Shown here piece after piece: positions 18,594-37,959 of a stretch of 64,000 nt of DNA. Source of the stretch: the human T2T-CHM13v2.0 reference genome, Homo sapiens; the NCBI RefSeq assembly GCF_009914755.1, contig NC_060948.1. The stretch is one strand, 5' to 3'. The notes under the pieces are model-generated. The model had not been told where the DNA came from and did no database searches. It saw only the letters and a list, made by a program, of their open reading frames with translations. Position 1 is the stretch's first letter, and each line of letters starts with the position of its first letter. The position numbers and the translations under genes are program-made.

Positions 18594-20698
18594 AGATCCA
18601 TATTTTTTAAATGCAAAAAAATTTCAAAGGTACTCTGCTTGGTACATTAATCAAATGTATAAACTGAGGAATAAAACATAACCATGAAACCTACTTATAA
18701 CTGCATATGGAAAATACAGAGGATAATTTTTTAAATAACATATTTTGAAAGCCTTAACTAGTAATTTGAAGAGTTGGCATTTGAAAGGCCAGTATGAATA
18801 TACCTTCAAAGCAGCAACACAGGTTCCCCATGAGAAAAAGCAAACTCAGGGAAAATAAAAACATAAATGTTCAATCTCTTCTGACCTTTGAAAGACACAG
18901 CACAGACAGTGGTCCTTAGGACGAAGAGCAGGAGACCCCTAATTCCGTCACCATGGCGATAGGGCATAAACACTGCTGGGTGAGGGCACAATCCACATTG
19001 TGAGGTCCAACTGCTGCCAGGAAGACAGGAGTGCTTTTACATAGACCGAAAGGTCATTGAAGGCTCAGAGTTTTGTTTCAAGAACTGAATCCCAAGCCCA
19101 CACGTTATTAGGCTGCGCTTCTTAAAACAAGTTATGAGATGGGAAAAAGGGCACCCACAAACATACGTATACATTATGTATATAATAATATACAGTATCA
19201 TATATATAATATATATAACCTATGTATAATATTGTTTTACATCCTGCATCTTATAATATATATATTGTATAAAATATAATAATTGATAATATATATGTTT
19301 TATATTTATACAATATGACATATAGTATATATTATAATTTATGACATATATAATATATGTTATATATCATATATAGAATATATTATACGGTTAATATACC
19401 TATTAAATATAAATTATACATTATATATATTATATATAATATATCTGTTATATATAATACCCATTATGCATAATATATATATTATGTCTATGTTATATAT
19501 AGTATAAAACAACATATAATAATATATAATTGTATATATAAAATGCGACATATAATATATATTATATTTTATGACATATGTAATATATATTATATATTAT
19601 ATATAATACGTGGTATGTATAATACCTATATTAAATATATATTATATGACTATGTTATTAATTACATGTCACATATGTTATATATTATATATTTTACATA
19701 GAATATACCGGTTACATACAATATATACTATGTTACCTATAATGTATAATTGATTACATGTAAAATAAAGAATGCAATATATTATGTATAATTTATAATA
19801 TACAATATGTGGAATGTGATATATATAACATATAATATATGATATATGATATACAGTATATGATATATAACATACAATATATGATACCTAATATATATGG
19901 TATACAATATATATTTTATGTTATGTATTCTATATGTTTTATATTCTGTTATATATAACTATTTGAAATTATATATAACTGTATAATATTTTATGTAAAT
20001 ATGTAACATAATATATATAACTATAAAATATATTATATATAACTATATATTATGTTATATATACTTTTATAACATAATTTACATAAAATATCATAATATA
20101 ATATATATTATATTATTTCACATTACATAATATATATTACATATCACCCAATATAAGTAACATACATAATATTATAATATAGATTATATTATGTTATATT
20201 AAATATCATATATATCATGTATCATATATTCTATAATATATATTATACATTATATAATATGTATGTTGTCCATTATGTGATATATATAACTATATATATA
20301 ATTATATTATCATACATATAACTAGATAAACATGTAATTCTACATATTTTCATTTATAATATATAGAATTATATAATCATATATAATTATTTATATTCTA
20401 TAAAAAATTATATCATTATATAAATTATAATATATAAAAATTATAAGATGTACTACAAATATATATATTATATATCATATATGATATAGTACCTTTGTTA
20501 TATATCATAATACATATAAATGTGTATTATGTTATCTATAATTTTATAATTTCATATATAAGATGTATAATATGTATTATATATTGTATATGTTATGTAA
20601 TATATATAGTATATATAAGCTGACACAGGATAAATATTATATACTATGACATATAAAATATATGAGGTTATATGTTACATATAAGGCATAGCACATAA

Positions 20699-21013
<315 letters not shown>

Positions 21014-23141
21014 AGATCCATATTTTTTAAATGAAAAAAAATTTCAAAGGTACTCTGCTTAGTACAATAATCAAATATATAAACTGAGGAACAAAACATA
21101 ACCATGAAACCTACTTATAACTGCATATGGAAAATACAGAGGATAACTTTTTAAATAACATATTTTGAAAGGCTTAACTAGTAATTTGAAGAGTTGGCAT
21201 TTGAAAGGCCAGTATGAATATACCTTCAAAGCAGCAACACAGGTTCCCCATGAGAAAAAGCAAACTCAGGGAAAATAAAACCACAAAGGTTCAATCTCTT
21301 CTGACCTTTGAAAGACACAGCACAGACAGTGGTCCTTAGGACGAAGAGCAGGAGACCCCTAATTCCGTCACCATGGCGATAGGGCATAAACATTGCTGGG
21401 TGAGGGCACAATCCACATTGTGAGGTCCAACTGCTGCCAGGAAGACAGGAGTGCTTTTACATAGACCGAAAGGTCATTGAAGGCTCAGAGTTTTGTTTCA
21501 AGAACTGAATCCCAAACCCACACGTTATTAGGCTGCGCTTCTTAAAACAAGTTATGAGATGGGAAAAAGGGCACCCACAAACATACGTATACATTATGTA
21601 TATAATAATATACAGTATCATATATATAATATATATAACCTATGTATAATATTCTTTTACATCCTGCATCTTATATTATATATATTGTATAAAATATAAT
21701 AATTGATAATATATAAGTTTTATATTTATACAATAAGACATATAGTATATACTATAATTTATGACATATATAATATATGTTATATGTCATATATAGAATA
21801 TATTATACGGTTAATATACGTATTAAATATAAATTATACATTATATATATTATATATAATATATCTGTTATATATAATACCCATTATGCATAATATATAT
21901 ATTATGTCTATGTTATATATAGTATAAAACAACATATAATAATATATAATTGTATATAGAAAACGTGACATATAATATATATTATATTTTATGACATATG
22001 TAATATATATTATATATTATATAAAATACGTTGTATGTATAATACCTATATTAAATATATATTATATGACTATGTTATTAATTACATGTCACATATGTTA
22101 TATATTATATATTTTACATAGAATATACCGGTTACATACAATATATACTATGTTACCTATAATGTATAATTGATTACATGTAAAATAAAGAATGCAATAT
22201 ATTATGTATAATTTATAATATACAATATGTGGAATGTGATATATATAACATATAATATATGATATATGATATACAGTATATGATAATTAACATACAATAT
22301 ATGATACCTAATATATATGGTATACAATATATATTTTATGATATGTATTCTATATGTTTTATATTCTGTTATATATAACTATTTGAAATTATATATAACT
22401 GTATAATATTTTATGTAAATATGTAATATAATATATATAACTATATAATATATTATATATAAGTATATATTATGTTATATATACTTTTATAACATAATTT
22501 GCATAAAATATCATAATATAATATATATTATATTATTTCACATTACATAATATATATTACATATCACCCAATATAAGTAACATACATAATATTATAATAT
22601 AGATTATATTATGTTATATTAAATATCATTTATATCATGTATCATATATCCTATAATATATATTACACATTATATAATATGTATGTTGTCTACTATGTGA
22701 TATATATAACTATATATATAATTATATTATTATACATATAACTAGATAAACATGTAATTCTACATAATTTCATTTATAATATATAGAATTATATAATCAT
22801 ATATAATTATTTATATTCTATAAAAAATTATATCATTATATAAATTATAATATAAAAAAATTATAATATGTACTACAAATATATATATTATATATCATAT
22901 ATGATATAGTACCTTTGTTATATATCATAATACATATAAATGTGTATTATGTTATCTATAATTATATAATTTCATATATAAGTTGTATAATATGTATTAT
23001 ATATTGTCTATGTTATGTAATATATATAGTATATATAAGCTGACACAGGATAAATATTATATACTATGACATATAAAATATATGAGGTTATATGTTACAT
23101 ATAAGGCATAGCACATAACATGTAATATATATCATATATAA

Positions 23142-23433
23142 TTTTTTTTTAGACAGAGTCTTGTCCTGTTGCACAGGGTGGAGTACAATGCCGCCAACTT
23201 TGCTCACTGCAACATCTGCCTGACGGGTCCAAGCGATTGTCCTCCCTCAGCCTCCCAGGTAGCTGGGACTACACCACACTGGGACTACAGCAGCTGCCAC
23301 CATGCCTAGCTAATTTTTTGGATTTTTAGTAGTGACAGCGTTTCACTGTATTGGCCAGGATGGTCTTGATCTCTTCACCTTGTGATCCCCTTGCCTTGGC
23401 CTCCAAATTTGCTGGGATTACAGGCCTGAGCCA
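23142..23433 (-). mobile_element. Alu copy 10
   Basis: Same Alu; domain B alleles. Confidence 0.9.
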
Positions 23434-25569
23434 AGATCCATATTTTTTAAATGAAAAAAAATTTCAAAGGTACTCTGCTTGGTACAATAATCAAATGTAT
23501 AAACTGAGGAATAAAACATAACCATGAAACCTACTTATAACTGCATATGGAAAATACAGAGGATAATTTTTTAAATAACATATTTTGAAAGCCTTAACTA
23601 GTAATTTGAAGAGTTGGCATTTGAAAGGCCAGTATGAATATACCTTCAAAGCAGCAACACAGGTTCCCCATGAGAAAAAGCAAACTCAGGGAAAATAAAA
23701 CCACAAAGGTTCAATCTCTTCTGACCTTTGAAAGACACAGCACAGACAGTGGTCCTTAGGACGAAGAGCAGGAGACCCCTAATTCCGTCACCATGGCGAT
23801 AGGGCATAAACATTGCTGGGTGAGGGCACAATCCACATTGTGAGGTCCAACTGCTGCCAGGAAGACAGGAGTGCTTTTACATAGACCGAAACGTCATTGA
23901 AGGCTCAGAGTTTTATTTCAAGAACTGAATCCCAAGTCCACACGTTATTAGGCTGCGCTTCTTAAAACAAGTTATGAGATGGGAAAAAGGGCACCCACAA
24001 ACATACGTAAACATTATGTATATAATAATATACAGTATCATATATATAATATATATAACCTATGTATAATATTGTTTTACATCCTGCATCTTATATTATA
24101 TATATTGTATAAAATATAATAATTGATAATATATAAGTTCAATATTTATACAATATGACATATAGTATATATTATAATTTATGACATATATAATATATGT
24201 TATATATCATATATAGAATATATTATACGGTTAATATATGTATTAAATTTAAATTATACATTATATATATTATATATAATATATCTGTTATATATAATAC
24301 CCATTATGCATAATATATATATTATGTCTATGTTATATATAGTATAAAACAACATATAATAATATATAATTGTATATATAAAATGCGACATATAATATAT
24401 ATTATATTTTATGACATATGTAATATATATTATATATTATATATAATACGTTGTATGTATAATACCTATATTAAATATATATTATATGACTATGTTATTA
24501 ATTAAATGTCACATGTGTTATATATTATATATTTTACATAGAATATACCGGTTACATACAATATATACTATGTTACCTGTAATGTATAATTTATTACATG
24601 TAAAATAAAGAATGCAATATATTATGTAAAATTTATAATATACAATATGTGGAATGTGATATATATAACATATAATATATGATATATGATATATGATATA
24701 CAGTATATGATATATAACATACAATATATGATACCTAATATATATGGTATACAATATATATTTTATGATATGTATTCTCTATGTTTTATATTCTGTTATA
24801 TATAACTATTTGAAATTATATATAACTGTATAATATTTTATGTAAATATGTAATATAATATATATAACTATATAATATATTATATATAACTATATATTAT
24901 GTTATATATATTCTTTTATAACATAATTTACATAAAATATCATAATATAATATATATTATATTATTTCATATTACATAATATATATTACATATCACCCAA
25001 TATAAGTAACATACATAATATTATAATATAGATTATGTTATGTTATATTAAATATCATATATATCATGTATCATATATTCTATAATATATATTATACATT
25101 ATATAATATGTATGTTGTCTATTATGTGATATATATAACTATATATATAATTACATTATTATACATATAACTAGATAAACATGTAATTTTACATATTTTC
25201 ATTTATAATATATAGAATTATATAATCATATATAATTATTTATATTCAATAAAATATTATATCATTATATAAATTATAATATATAAAAATTATAATATGT
25301 ACTACAAATATATATATTATATATCATATAAGATATAGTACCTTTGTTATATTTCATAATACATATAAATGTGTATTATGTTATCTATAATTATATAATT
25401 ACATATATAAGGTGTATAATATGTATCATATATTATATATGTTATGTAATATATATAGTATATATAAGATGACACAGGATAAATATTATATACTATGACA
25501 TATAAAATATATGAGGTTATATGTTACATATAAGGCATAGCACATAACATGTAATATATATCATATATA

Positions 25570-25861
25570 TTTTTTTTTAGACAGAATCTTGTCCTGTTGC
25601 ACAGGGTGGGGTACAATGGCGCCATCTTTGCTCACTGCAACTTCTGCCTCACGGGTCCAAGCGATTGTCCTCCCTCAGCCTCCCAGGTAGCTGGGACTAC
25701 ACCACACTGGGACTACACCAGCTGCCACCATGCCTAGCTAATTTTTTGGATTTTTAGTAGTGACAGCGTTTCACTGTATTGGCCAGGATGGTCTTGATCT
25801 CTTCACCTTGTGATCCCCTTGCCTTGGCCTCCAAATTTGCTGGGATTACAGGCCTGAGCCA
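25570..25861 (-). mobile_element. Alu copy 11
   Basis: Same Alu; first copy with domain C alleles (acagaatc, ggtggggtac, aacttctgcc). Confidence 0.9.
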
Positions 25862-27965
25862 AGATCCATATTTTTTAAATGAAAAAAAATTTCAAAGGTA
25901 CTCTGCTTGGTACAATAATCAAATGTATAAACTGAGGAATAAAACATAACCATGAAACCTACTTATAACTGCATATGGAAAATACAGAGGATAATTTTTT
26001 AAATAACATATTTTGAAAGCCTTAACTAGTAATTTGAAGAGTTGGCATTTGAAAGGCCAGTATGAATATACCTTCAAAGCAGCAACACAGGTTCCCCATG
26101 AGAAAAAGCAAACACAGGGAAAATAAAAACACAAAGGTTCAATCTCTTCTGACCTTTGAAAGACACAGCACAGACAGTGGTCCTTAGGACGAAGAGCAGG
26201 AGACCCCTAATTCCGTCACCATGGCGATAGGGCATAAACATTGCTGGGTGAGGGCACAATCCACATTGTGAGGTCCAACTGCTGCCAGGAAGACAGGAGT
26301 GCTTTTACATAGACCGAAAGGTCATTGAAGGCTCAGAGTTTTGTTTCAAGAACTGAATCCCAAGCCCACACGTTATTAGGCTGCGCTTCTTAAAACAAGT
26401 TATGAGATGGGAAAAAGGGCACCCACAAACATACGTATACATTATGTATATAATAATATACAGTATCATATATATACTATATATAACCTATGTATAATAT
26501 TGTTTTACATCCTGCATCTTATGTTATATATATTGTATAAAATATAATAATTGATAATATATAAGTTTTATAAATATACAATATGACATATAGTATATAT
26601 TATAATTTATGACATATATAATATATGTTATATGTCATATATAGAATATATTATACGGTTAATATACGTATTAAATATAAATTATACATTATATATATTA
26701 TATATAATATATCTGTTATATATAATACCCATTATGCATAATATATATATTATGTCTATGTTATATATAGTATAAAACAACATATAATAATATATAATTG
26801 TATATATAAAATGCGACATATAACATATATTATATTTTATAACATATGTAATATATATTATATATTATATATAATATGTTGTATGTATAATACCTATATT
26901 AAATATATATTATTTGACTATGTTATTAATTACATGTCACATGTGTTATATATTGTATATTTTACATAGAATATATCGGTTACATACAATATATACTATG
27001 TTACCTATAATGTATAATTTATTACATGTAAAATAAAGAATGCAATATATTATGTATAATTTATAATATACCATATGTGGAATGGATATATATAACATAT
27101 AATATATGATATATGATATACAGTATATGATATATAACATACAATATATGATTCCTAATATATATGGTATACAATATATATTTTATGATATGTATTCTAT
27201 ATGTTTTATATTCTGTTATATATAACTATTTGAAATTATATATAACTGTATAATATTTTATGTAAATATGTAATATAATATATATAACTATATAATATAT
27301 TATATATAACTATATATTATGTTATATATACTTTCATAACATAATTTACATAAAATATCATAATATAATATATATTATATTATTTCATATTACATAATAT
27401 ATATTACATATCACCCAATATAACTAACATACATAATATTATAATATAGATTATATTATATTATATTAAATATCATATAAATCATGTATCATATATTCTA
27501 TAATATATATTACACATTATATAATATGTATGTTGTCTATTATGTGATATATATAACTATATATATAATTATATTTTTATACATATAACTAGATAAACAT
27601 GTAATTCTACATATTTTCATTTATAATATGTAGAATTATATAATCATATATAATTATTTATATTCTATAAAAAATTTTATCATTACATAAATTATAATAT
27701 ATAAAAATTATAATATGTACTACAAATATATATATTATATATCATATATGATATAGTACCTTTGTTATATATCATAATACATATAAATGTGTATTATGTT
27801 ATCTATAATTATATAATTTCATATATAAGATGTATAATATGTATCATATATTATATATGTTATGTAATATATATAGTATATATAAGATGACACAGGATAA
27901 ATATTATATACTATGACATATAAAATATATCAGGTTATATGTTACATATAAGGCATAGCACATAA

Positions 27966-28280
<315 letters not shown>

Positions 28281-30384
28281 AGATCCATATTTTTTAAATG
28301 AAAAAAAATTTCAAAGGTACTCTGCTTGGTACAATAATCAAATGTATAAACTGAGGAATAAAACATAACCATGAAACCTACTTATAACTGCATATGGAAA
28401 ATACAGAGGATAATTTTTTAAATAACATATTTTGAAAGCCTTAACTAGTAATTTGAAGAGCTGGCATTTGAAAGGCCAGTATGAATATACATTCAAATCA
28501 GCAACACAGGTTCCCCATGAGAAAAAGCAAACACAGGGAAAATAAAAACACAAAGGTTCAATCTCTTCTGACCTTTGAAAGACACAGCACAGACAGTGGT
28601 CCTTAGGACGAAGAGCAGGAGACCCCTAATTCCGTCACCATGGCGATAGGGCATAAACATTGCTGGGTGAGGGCACAATCCACATTGTGAGGTCCAACTG
28701 CTGCCAGGAAGACAGGAGTGCTTTTACATAGACCGAAAGGTCATTGAAGGCTCAGAGTTTTGTTTCAAGAACTGAATCCCAAGCCCACACGTTATTAGGC
28801 TGCGCTTCTTAAAACAAGTTATGAGATGGGAAAAAGGGCACCCACAAACATACGTATACATTATGTATATAATAATATACAGTATCATATATATACTATA
28901 TATAACCTATGTATAATATTGTTTTACATCCTGCATCTTATGTTATATATATTGTATAAAATATAATAATTGATAATATATAAGTTTTATAAATATACAA
29001 TATGACATATAGTATATATTATAATTTATGACATATATAATATATGTTATATGTCATATATAGAATATATTATACGGTTAATATACGTATTAAATATAAA
29101 TTATACATTATATATATTATATATAATATATCTGTTATATATAATACCCATTATGCATAATATATATATTATGTCTATGTTATATATAGTATAAAACAAC
29201 ATATAATAATATATAATTGTATATATAAAATGCGACATATAACATATATTATATTTTATAACATATGTAATATATATTATATATTATATATAATATGTTG
29301 TATGTATAATACCTATATTAAATATATATTATTTGACTATGTTATTAATTACATGTCACATGTGTTATATATTGTATATTTTACATAGAATATATCGGTT
29401 ACATACAATATATACTATGTTACCTATAATGTATAATTTATTACATGTAAAATAAAGAATGCAATATATTATGTATAATTTATAATATACCATATGTGGA
29501 ATGGATATATATAACATATAATATATGATATATGATATACAGTATATGATATATAACATACAATATATGATTCCTAATATATATGGTATACAATATATAT
29601 TTTATGATATGTATTCTATATGTTTTATATTCTGTTATATATAACTATTTGAAATTATATATAACTGTATAATATTTTATGTAAATATGTAATATAATAT
29701 ATATAACTATATAATATATTATATATAACTATATATTATGTTATATATACTTTCATAACATAATTTACATAAAATATCATAATATAATATATATTATATT
29801 ATTTCATATTACATAATATATATTACATATCACCCAATATAACTAACATACATAATATTATAATATAGATTATATTATGTTATATTAAATATCATATAAA
29901 TCATGTATCATATATTCTATAATATATATTACACATTATATAATATGTATGTTGTCTATTATGTGATATATATAACTATATATATAATTATATTTTTATA
30001 CATATAACTAGATAAACATGTAATTCTACATATTTTCATTTATAATATGTAGAATTATATAATCATATATAATTATTTATATTCTATAAAAAATTTTATC
30101 ATTACATAAATTATAATATATAAAAATTATAATATGTACTACAAATATATATATTATATATCATATATGATATAGTACCTTTGTTATATATCATAATACA
30201 TATAAATGTGTATTATGTTATCTATAATTATATAATTTCATATATAAGATGTATAATATGTATCATATATTATATATGTTATGTAATATATATAGTATAT
30301 ATAAGATGACACAGGATAAATATTATATACTATGACATATAAAATATATCAGGTTATATGTTACATATAAGGCATAGCACATAA

Positions 30385-30699
<315 letters not shown>

Positions 30700-32804
30700 A
30701 GATCCATATTTTTTAAATGAAAAAAAATTTCAAAGGTACTCTGCTTGGTACAATAATCAAATGTATAAACTGAGGAATAAAACATAACCATGAAACCTAC
30801 TTATAACTGCATATGGAAAATACAGAGGATAATTTTTTAAATAACATATTTTGAAAGCCTTAACTAGTAATTTGAAGAGCTGGCATTTGAAAGGCCAGTA
30901 TGAATATACATTCAAATCAGCAACACAGGTTCCCCATGAGAAAAAGCAAACACAGGGAAAATAAAAACACAAAGGTTCAATCTCTTCTGACCTTTGAAAG
31001 ACACAGCACAGACAGTGGTCCTTAGGACGAAGAGCAGGAGACCCCTAATTCCGTCACCATGGCGATAGGGCATAAACATTGCTGGGTGAGGGCACAATCC
31101 ACATTGTGAGGTCCAACTGCTGCCAGGAAGACAGGAGTGCTTTTACATAGACCGAAAGGTCATTGAAGGCTCAGAGTTTTGTTTCAAGAACTGAATCCCA
31201 AGCCCACACGTTATTAGGCTGCGCTTCTTAAAACAAGTTATGAGATGGGAAAAAGGGCACCCACAAACATACGTATACATTATGTATATAATAATATACA
31301 GTGTCATATATTTAATATATATAACCTATGTATAATATTGTTTTACATCCTGCATCTTATGTTATATATATTGTATAAAATATAATAATTGATAATATAT
31401 AAGTTTTATAATTATACAATATGACATATAGTATATATTATAATTTATGACATATATAATATATGTTATATGTCATATATAGAATATATTATACGGTTAA
31501 TATACGTATTAAATATAAATTACACATTATATATATTATATATAATATATCTGTTATATATAATACCCATTATGCATAATATATATATTATGTCTATGTT
31601 ATATATAGTATAAAACAACATATAATAATATATAATTGTATATATAAAATGCGACATATAATATATATTATATTTTATAACATATGTAATATATATTATA
31701 TATTATATATAATACGTTGTATGTATAATACCTATATTAAATATATATTATATGACTATGTTATTAATTACATGTCACATGTGTTATATATTATATATTT
31801 TACATAGAATATACCGGTTACATACAATATATACTATGTTACCTATAATGTATAATTTATTACATGTAAAATAAAGAATGCAATATATTATGTATAATTT
31901 ATAATATACCATATGTGGAATGTGATATATATAACATATAATATATGATATATGATATACAGTATATGATATATAACATACAATATATGATTCCTAATAT
32001 ATATTGTATACAATATATATTTTATGATATGTATTCTATATGTTTTATATTCTGTTATATATAACTATTTGAAATTATATATAACTGTATAATATTTTAT
32101 GTAAATATGTAATATAATATATATAACTATATAATATATTACATATAACTATATATTATGTTATATATACTTTTATAACATAATTTACATAAAATATCAT
32201 AATGTAATATATATTATATTATTTCATATTACATAATATATATTACATATCACCCAATATAACTAACATACATAATATTATAATATAGATTATATTGTGT
32301 TATATTAAATATCATATATATCATGTATCATATATTCTATAATATATATTACACATTATATAATATGTATGTTGTCTATTATGTGATATATATAACTATA
32401 TATATAATTATATTTTTATACATATAACTAGATAAACATGTAATTCTACATATTTTCATTTATAATATGTAGAATTATATAATCATATATAATTATTTAT
32501 ATTCTATAAAAAATTTTATCATTATATAAATTATAATATATAAAAATTATAATATGTACTACAAATATATATATTATATATCATATATGATATAGTACCT
32601 TTGTTATATATCATAATACATATAAATGTGTATTATGTTATCTATAATTATATAATTTCATATATAAGATGTATAATATGTATCATATATTATATATGTT
32701 ATGTAATATATATAGTATATATAAGATGACACAGGATAAATATTATATACTATGACATATAAAATATATCAGGTTATATGTTACATATAAGGCATAGCAC
32801 ATAA

Positions 32805-33119
<315 letters not shown>

Positions 33120-35224
33120 AGATCCATATTTTTTAAATGAAAAAAAATTTCAAAGGTACTCTGCTTGGTACAATAATCAAATGTATAAACTGAGGAATAA
33201 AACATAACCATGAAACCTACTTATAACTGCATATGGAAAATACAGAGGATAATTTTTTAAATAACATATTTTGAAAGCCTTAACTAACAATTTGAAGAGT
33301 TGGCATTTGAAAGGCCAGTATGAATATACCTTCAAATCAGCAACACAGGTTCCCCATGAGAAAAAGCAAACACAGGGAAAATAAAAACACAAAGGTTCAA
33401 TCTCTTTTGACCTTTGAAAGACACAGCACAGACAGTGGTCCTTAGGACGAAGAGCAGGAGACCCCTAATTCCGTCACCATGGCGATAGGGCATAAACATT
33501 GCTGGGTGAGGGCACAATCCACATTGTGAGGTCCAACTGCTGCCAGGAAGACAGGAGTGCTTTTACATAGACCGAAAGGTCATTGAAGGCTCAGAGTTTT
33601 GTTTCAAGAACTGAATCCCAAGCCCACACGTTATTAGGCTGCGCTTCTTAAAACAAGTTATGAGATGGGAAAAAGGGCACCCACAAACATACGTATACAT
33701 TATGTATATAATAATATACAGTATCATATATATAATATATATAACCTATGTATAATATTGTTTTACATCCTGCATCTTATGTTATATATATTGTATAAAA
33801 TATAATAATTGATAATATATAAGATTTATAATTATACAATATGACATATAGTATATATTATAATTTATGACATATATAATATATGTTATATATCATATGT
33901 AGAATATATTATACGGTTAATATACGTATTAAATATAAATTATACATTATATATATTATATATAATATATCTGTTATATATAATACACATTATGCATAAT
34001 ATATATATTATGTCTATGTTATATATAGTATAAAACAACATATAATAATGTATAATTGTATATATAAAATGCGACATATAATATATATTTTATTTTATAA
34101 CATATGTAATATATACTATATATTATATATAATACGTTGTATGTATAATACCTATATTAAATATATATTATATGACTATGTTATTAATTACATGTCACAT
34201 GTGTTATATATTATACATTTTACATAGAATATACCGGTTACATACAATATATACTATGTTACCTATAATGTGTAATTTATTACATGTAAAATAAAGAATG
34301 CAATATATTATGTATAATTTATAATATACAATATGTGGAATGTGATATAGATAACATATAATATATGATATATGATATACAGTATATGATATATAACATA
34401 CAATATATGATTCCTAATATATATGGTACACAATATATATTTTATGATATGTATTCTATATGTTTTATATTCTGTTATATATAACTATTTGAAATTATAT
34501 ATAACTGTATAATATTTTATGTAAATATGTAATATAATATATATAACTATATAATATATTATATATAACTATATATTATGTTATATATACTTTCATAACA
34601 TAATTTACATAAAATATCATAATATAATATATATTATATTATTTCATATTACATAATATATATTACATATCACCCAATATAACTAACATACATAATATTA
34701 TAATATAGATTATATTATGTTATATTAAATATCATATAAATCATGTATCATATATTCTATAATATATATTACACATTATATAATATGTATGTTGTCTATT
34801 ATGTGATATATATAACTATATATATAATTATATTTTTATACATATAACTAGATAAACATGTAATTCTACATATTTTCATTTATAATATGTAGAATTATAT
34901 AATCATATATAATTATTTATATTTTATAAAAAATTTTATCATTACATAAATTATAATATATAAAAATTATAATATGTACTACAAATATATATATTATATA
35001 TCATATATGATATAGTACCTTTGTTATATATCATAATACATATAAATGTGTATTATGTTATCTATAATTATATAATTTCATATATAAGATGTATAATATG
35101 TATCATATATTATATATGTTATGTAATATATATAGTATATATAAGATGACACAGGATAAGTATTATATACTATGACATATAAAATATATCAGGTTATATG
35201 TTACATATAAGGCATAGCACATAA

Positions 35225-35539
<315 letters not shown>

Positions 35540-37644
35540 AGATCCATATTTTTTAAATGAAAAAAAATTTCAAAGGTACTCTGCTTGGTACAATAATCAA
35601 ATGTATAAACTGAGGAATAAAACATAACCATGAAACCTACTTATAACTGCATATGGAAAATACAGAGGATAATTTTTTAAATAACATATTTTGAAAGCCT
35701 TAACTAGTAATTTGAAGAGCTGGCATTTGAAAGGCCAGTATGAATATACATTCAAATCAGCAACACAGGTTCCCCATGAGAAAAAGCAAACACAGGGAAA
35801 ATAAAAACACAAAGGTTCAATCTCTTCTGACCTTTGAAAGACACAGCACAGACAGTGGTCCTTAGGACGAAGAGCAGGAGACCCCTAATTCCGTCACCAT
35901 GGCGATAGGGCATAAACATTGCTGGGTGAGGGCACAATCCACATTGTGAGGTCCAACTGCTGCCAGGAAGACAGGAGTGCTTTTACATAGACCGAAAGGT
36001 CATTGAAGGCTCAGAGTTTTGTTTCAAGAACTGAATCCCAAGCCCACACGTTATTAGGCTGCGCTTCTTAAAACAAGTTATGAGATGGGAAAAAGGGCAC
36101 CCACAAACATACGTATACATTATGTATATAATAATATACAGTGTCATATATTTAATATATATAACCTATGTATAATATTGTTTTACATCCTGCATCTTAT
36201 GTTATATATATTGTATAAAATATAATAATTGATAATATATAAGTTTTATAATTATACAATATGACATATAGTATATATTATAATTTATGACATATATAAT
36301 ATATGTTATATGTCATATATAGAATATATTATACGGTTAATATACGTATTAAATATAAATTACACATTATATATATTATATATAATATATCTGTTATATA
36401 TAATACCCATTATGCATAATATATATATTATGTCTATGTTATATATAGTATAAAACAACATATAATAATATATAATTGTATATATAAAATGCGACATATA
36501 ATATATATTATATTTTATAACATATGTAATATATATTATATATTATATATAATACGTTGTATGTATAATACCTATATTAAATATATATTATATGACTATG
36601 TTATTAATTACATGTCACATGTGTTATATATTATATATTTTACATAGAATATACCGGTTACATACAATATATACTATGTTACCTATAATGTATAATTTAT
36701 TACATGTAAAATAAAGAATGCAATATATTATGTATAATTTATAATATACCATATGTGGAATGTGATATATATAACATATAATATATGATATATGATATAC
36801 AGTATATGATATATAACATACAATATATGATTCCTAATATATATTGTATACAATATATATTTTATGATATGTATTCTATATGTTTTATATTCTGTTATAT
36901 ATAACTATTTGAAATTATATATAACTGTATAATATTTTATGTAAATATGTAATATAATATATATAACTATATAATATATTACATATAACTATATATTATG
37001 TTATATATACTTTTATAACATAATTTACATAAAATATCATAATGTAATATATATTATATTATTTCATATTACATAATATATATTACATATCACCCAATAT
37101 AACTAACATACATAATATTATAATATAGATTATATTGTGTTATATTAAATATCATATATATCATGTATCATATATTCTATAATATATATTACACATTATA
37201 TAATATGTATGTTGTCTATTATGTGATATATATAACTATATATATAATTATATTATTATACATATAGCTAGATAAACATGTAATTCTACATATTTTCATT
37301 TATAATATATAGAATTATATAATCATATATAATTATTTATATTCTATAAAAAATTATATCATTATATAAATTATAATATATAAAAATTATAATATGTACT
37401 ACAAATATATATATTATATATCATATATGATATAGTACCTTTGTTATATATCATAATACATATAAATGTGTATTATGTTATCTATAATTATATAATTTCA
37501 TATATAAGATGTATAATATGTATCATATATTATATATGTTATGTAATATATATAGTATATATAAGATGACACAGGATAAATATTATATACTATGACATAT
37601 AAAATATATCAGGTTATATGTTACATATAAGGCATAGCACATAA

Positions 37645-37959
<315 letters not shown>

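Noticed and set aside
25919-26134. 71-aa ORF MCFYFPCV... restricted to domain C
   Set aside because: It is opened by domain-C substitutions (stop removed by actcagg>acacagg) and closes again in unit 24; it is a lineage marker, not a gene.
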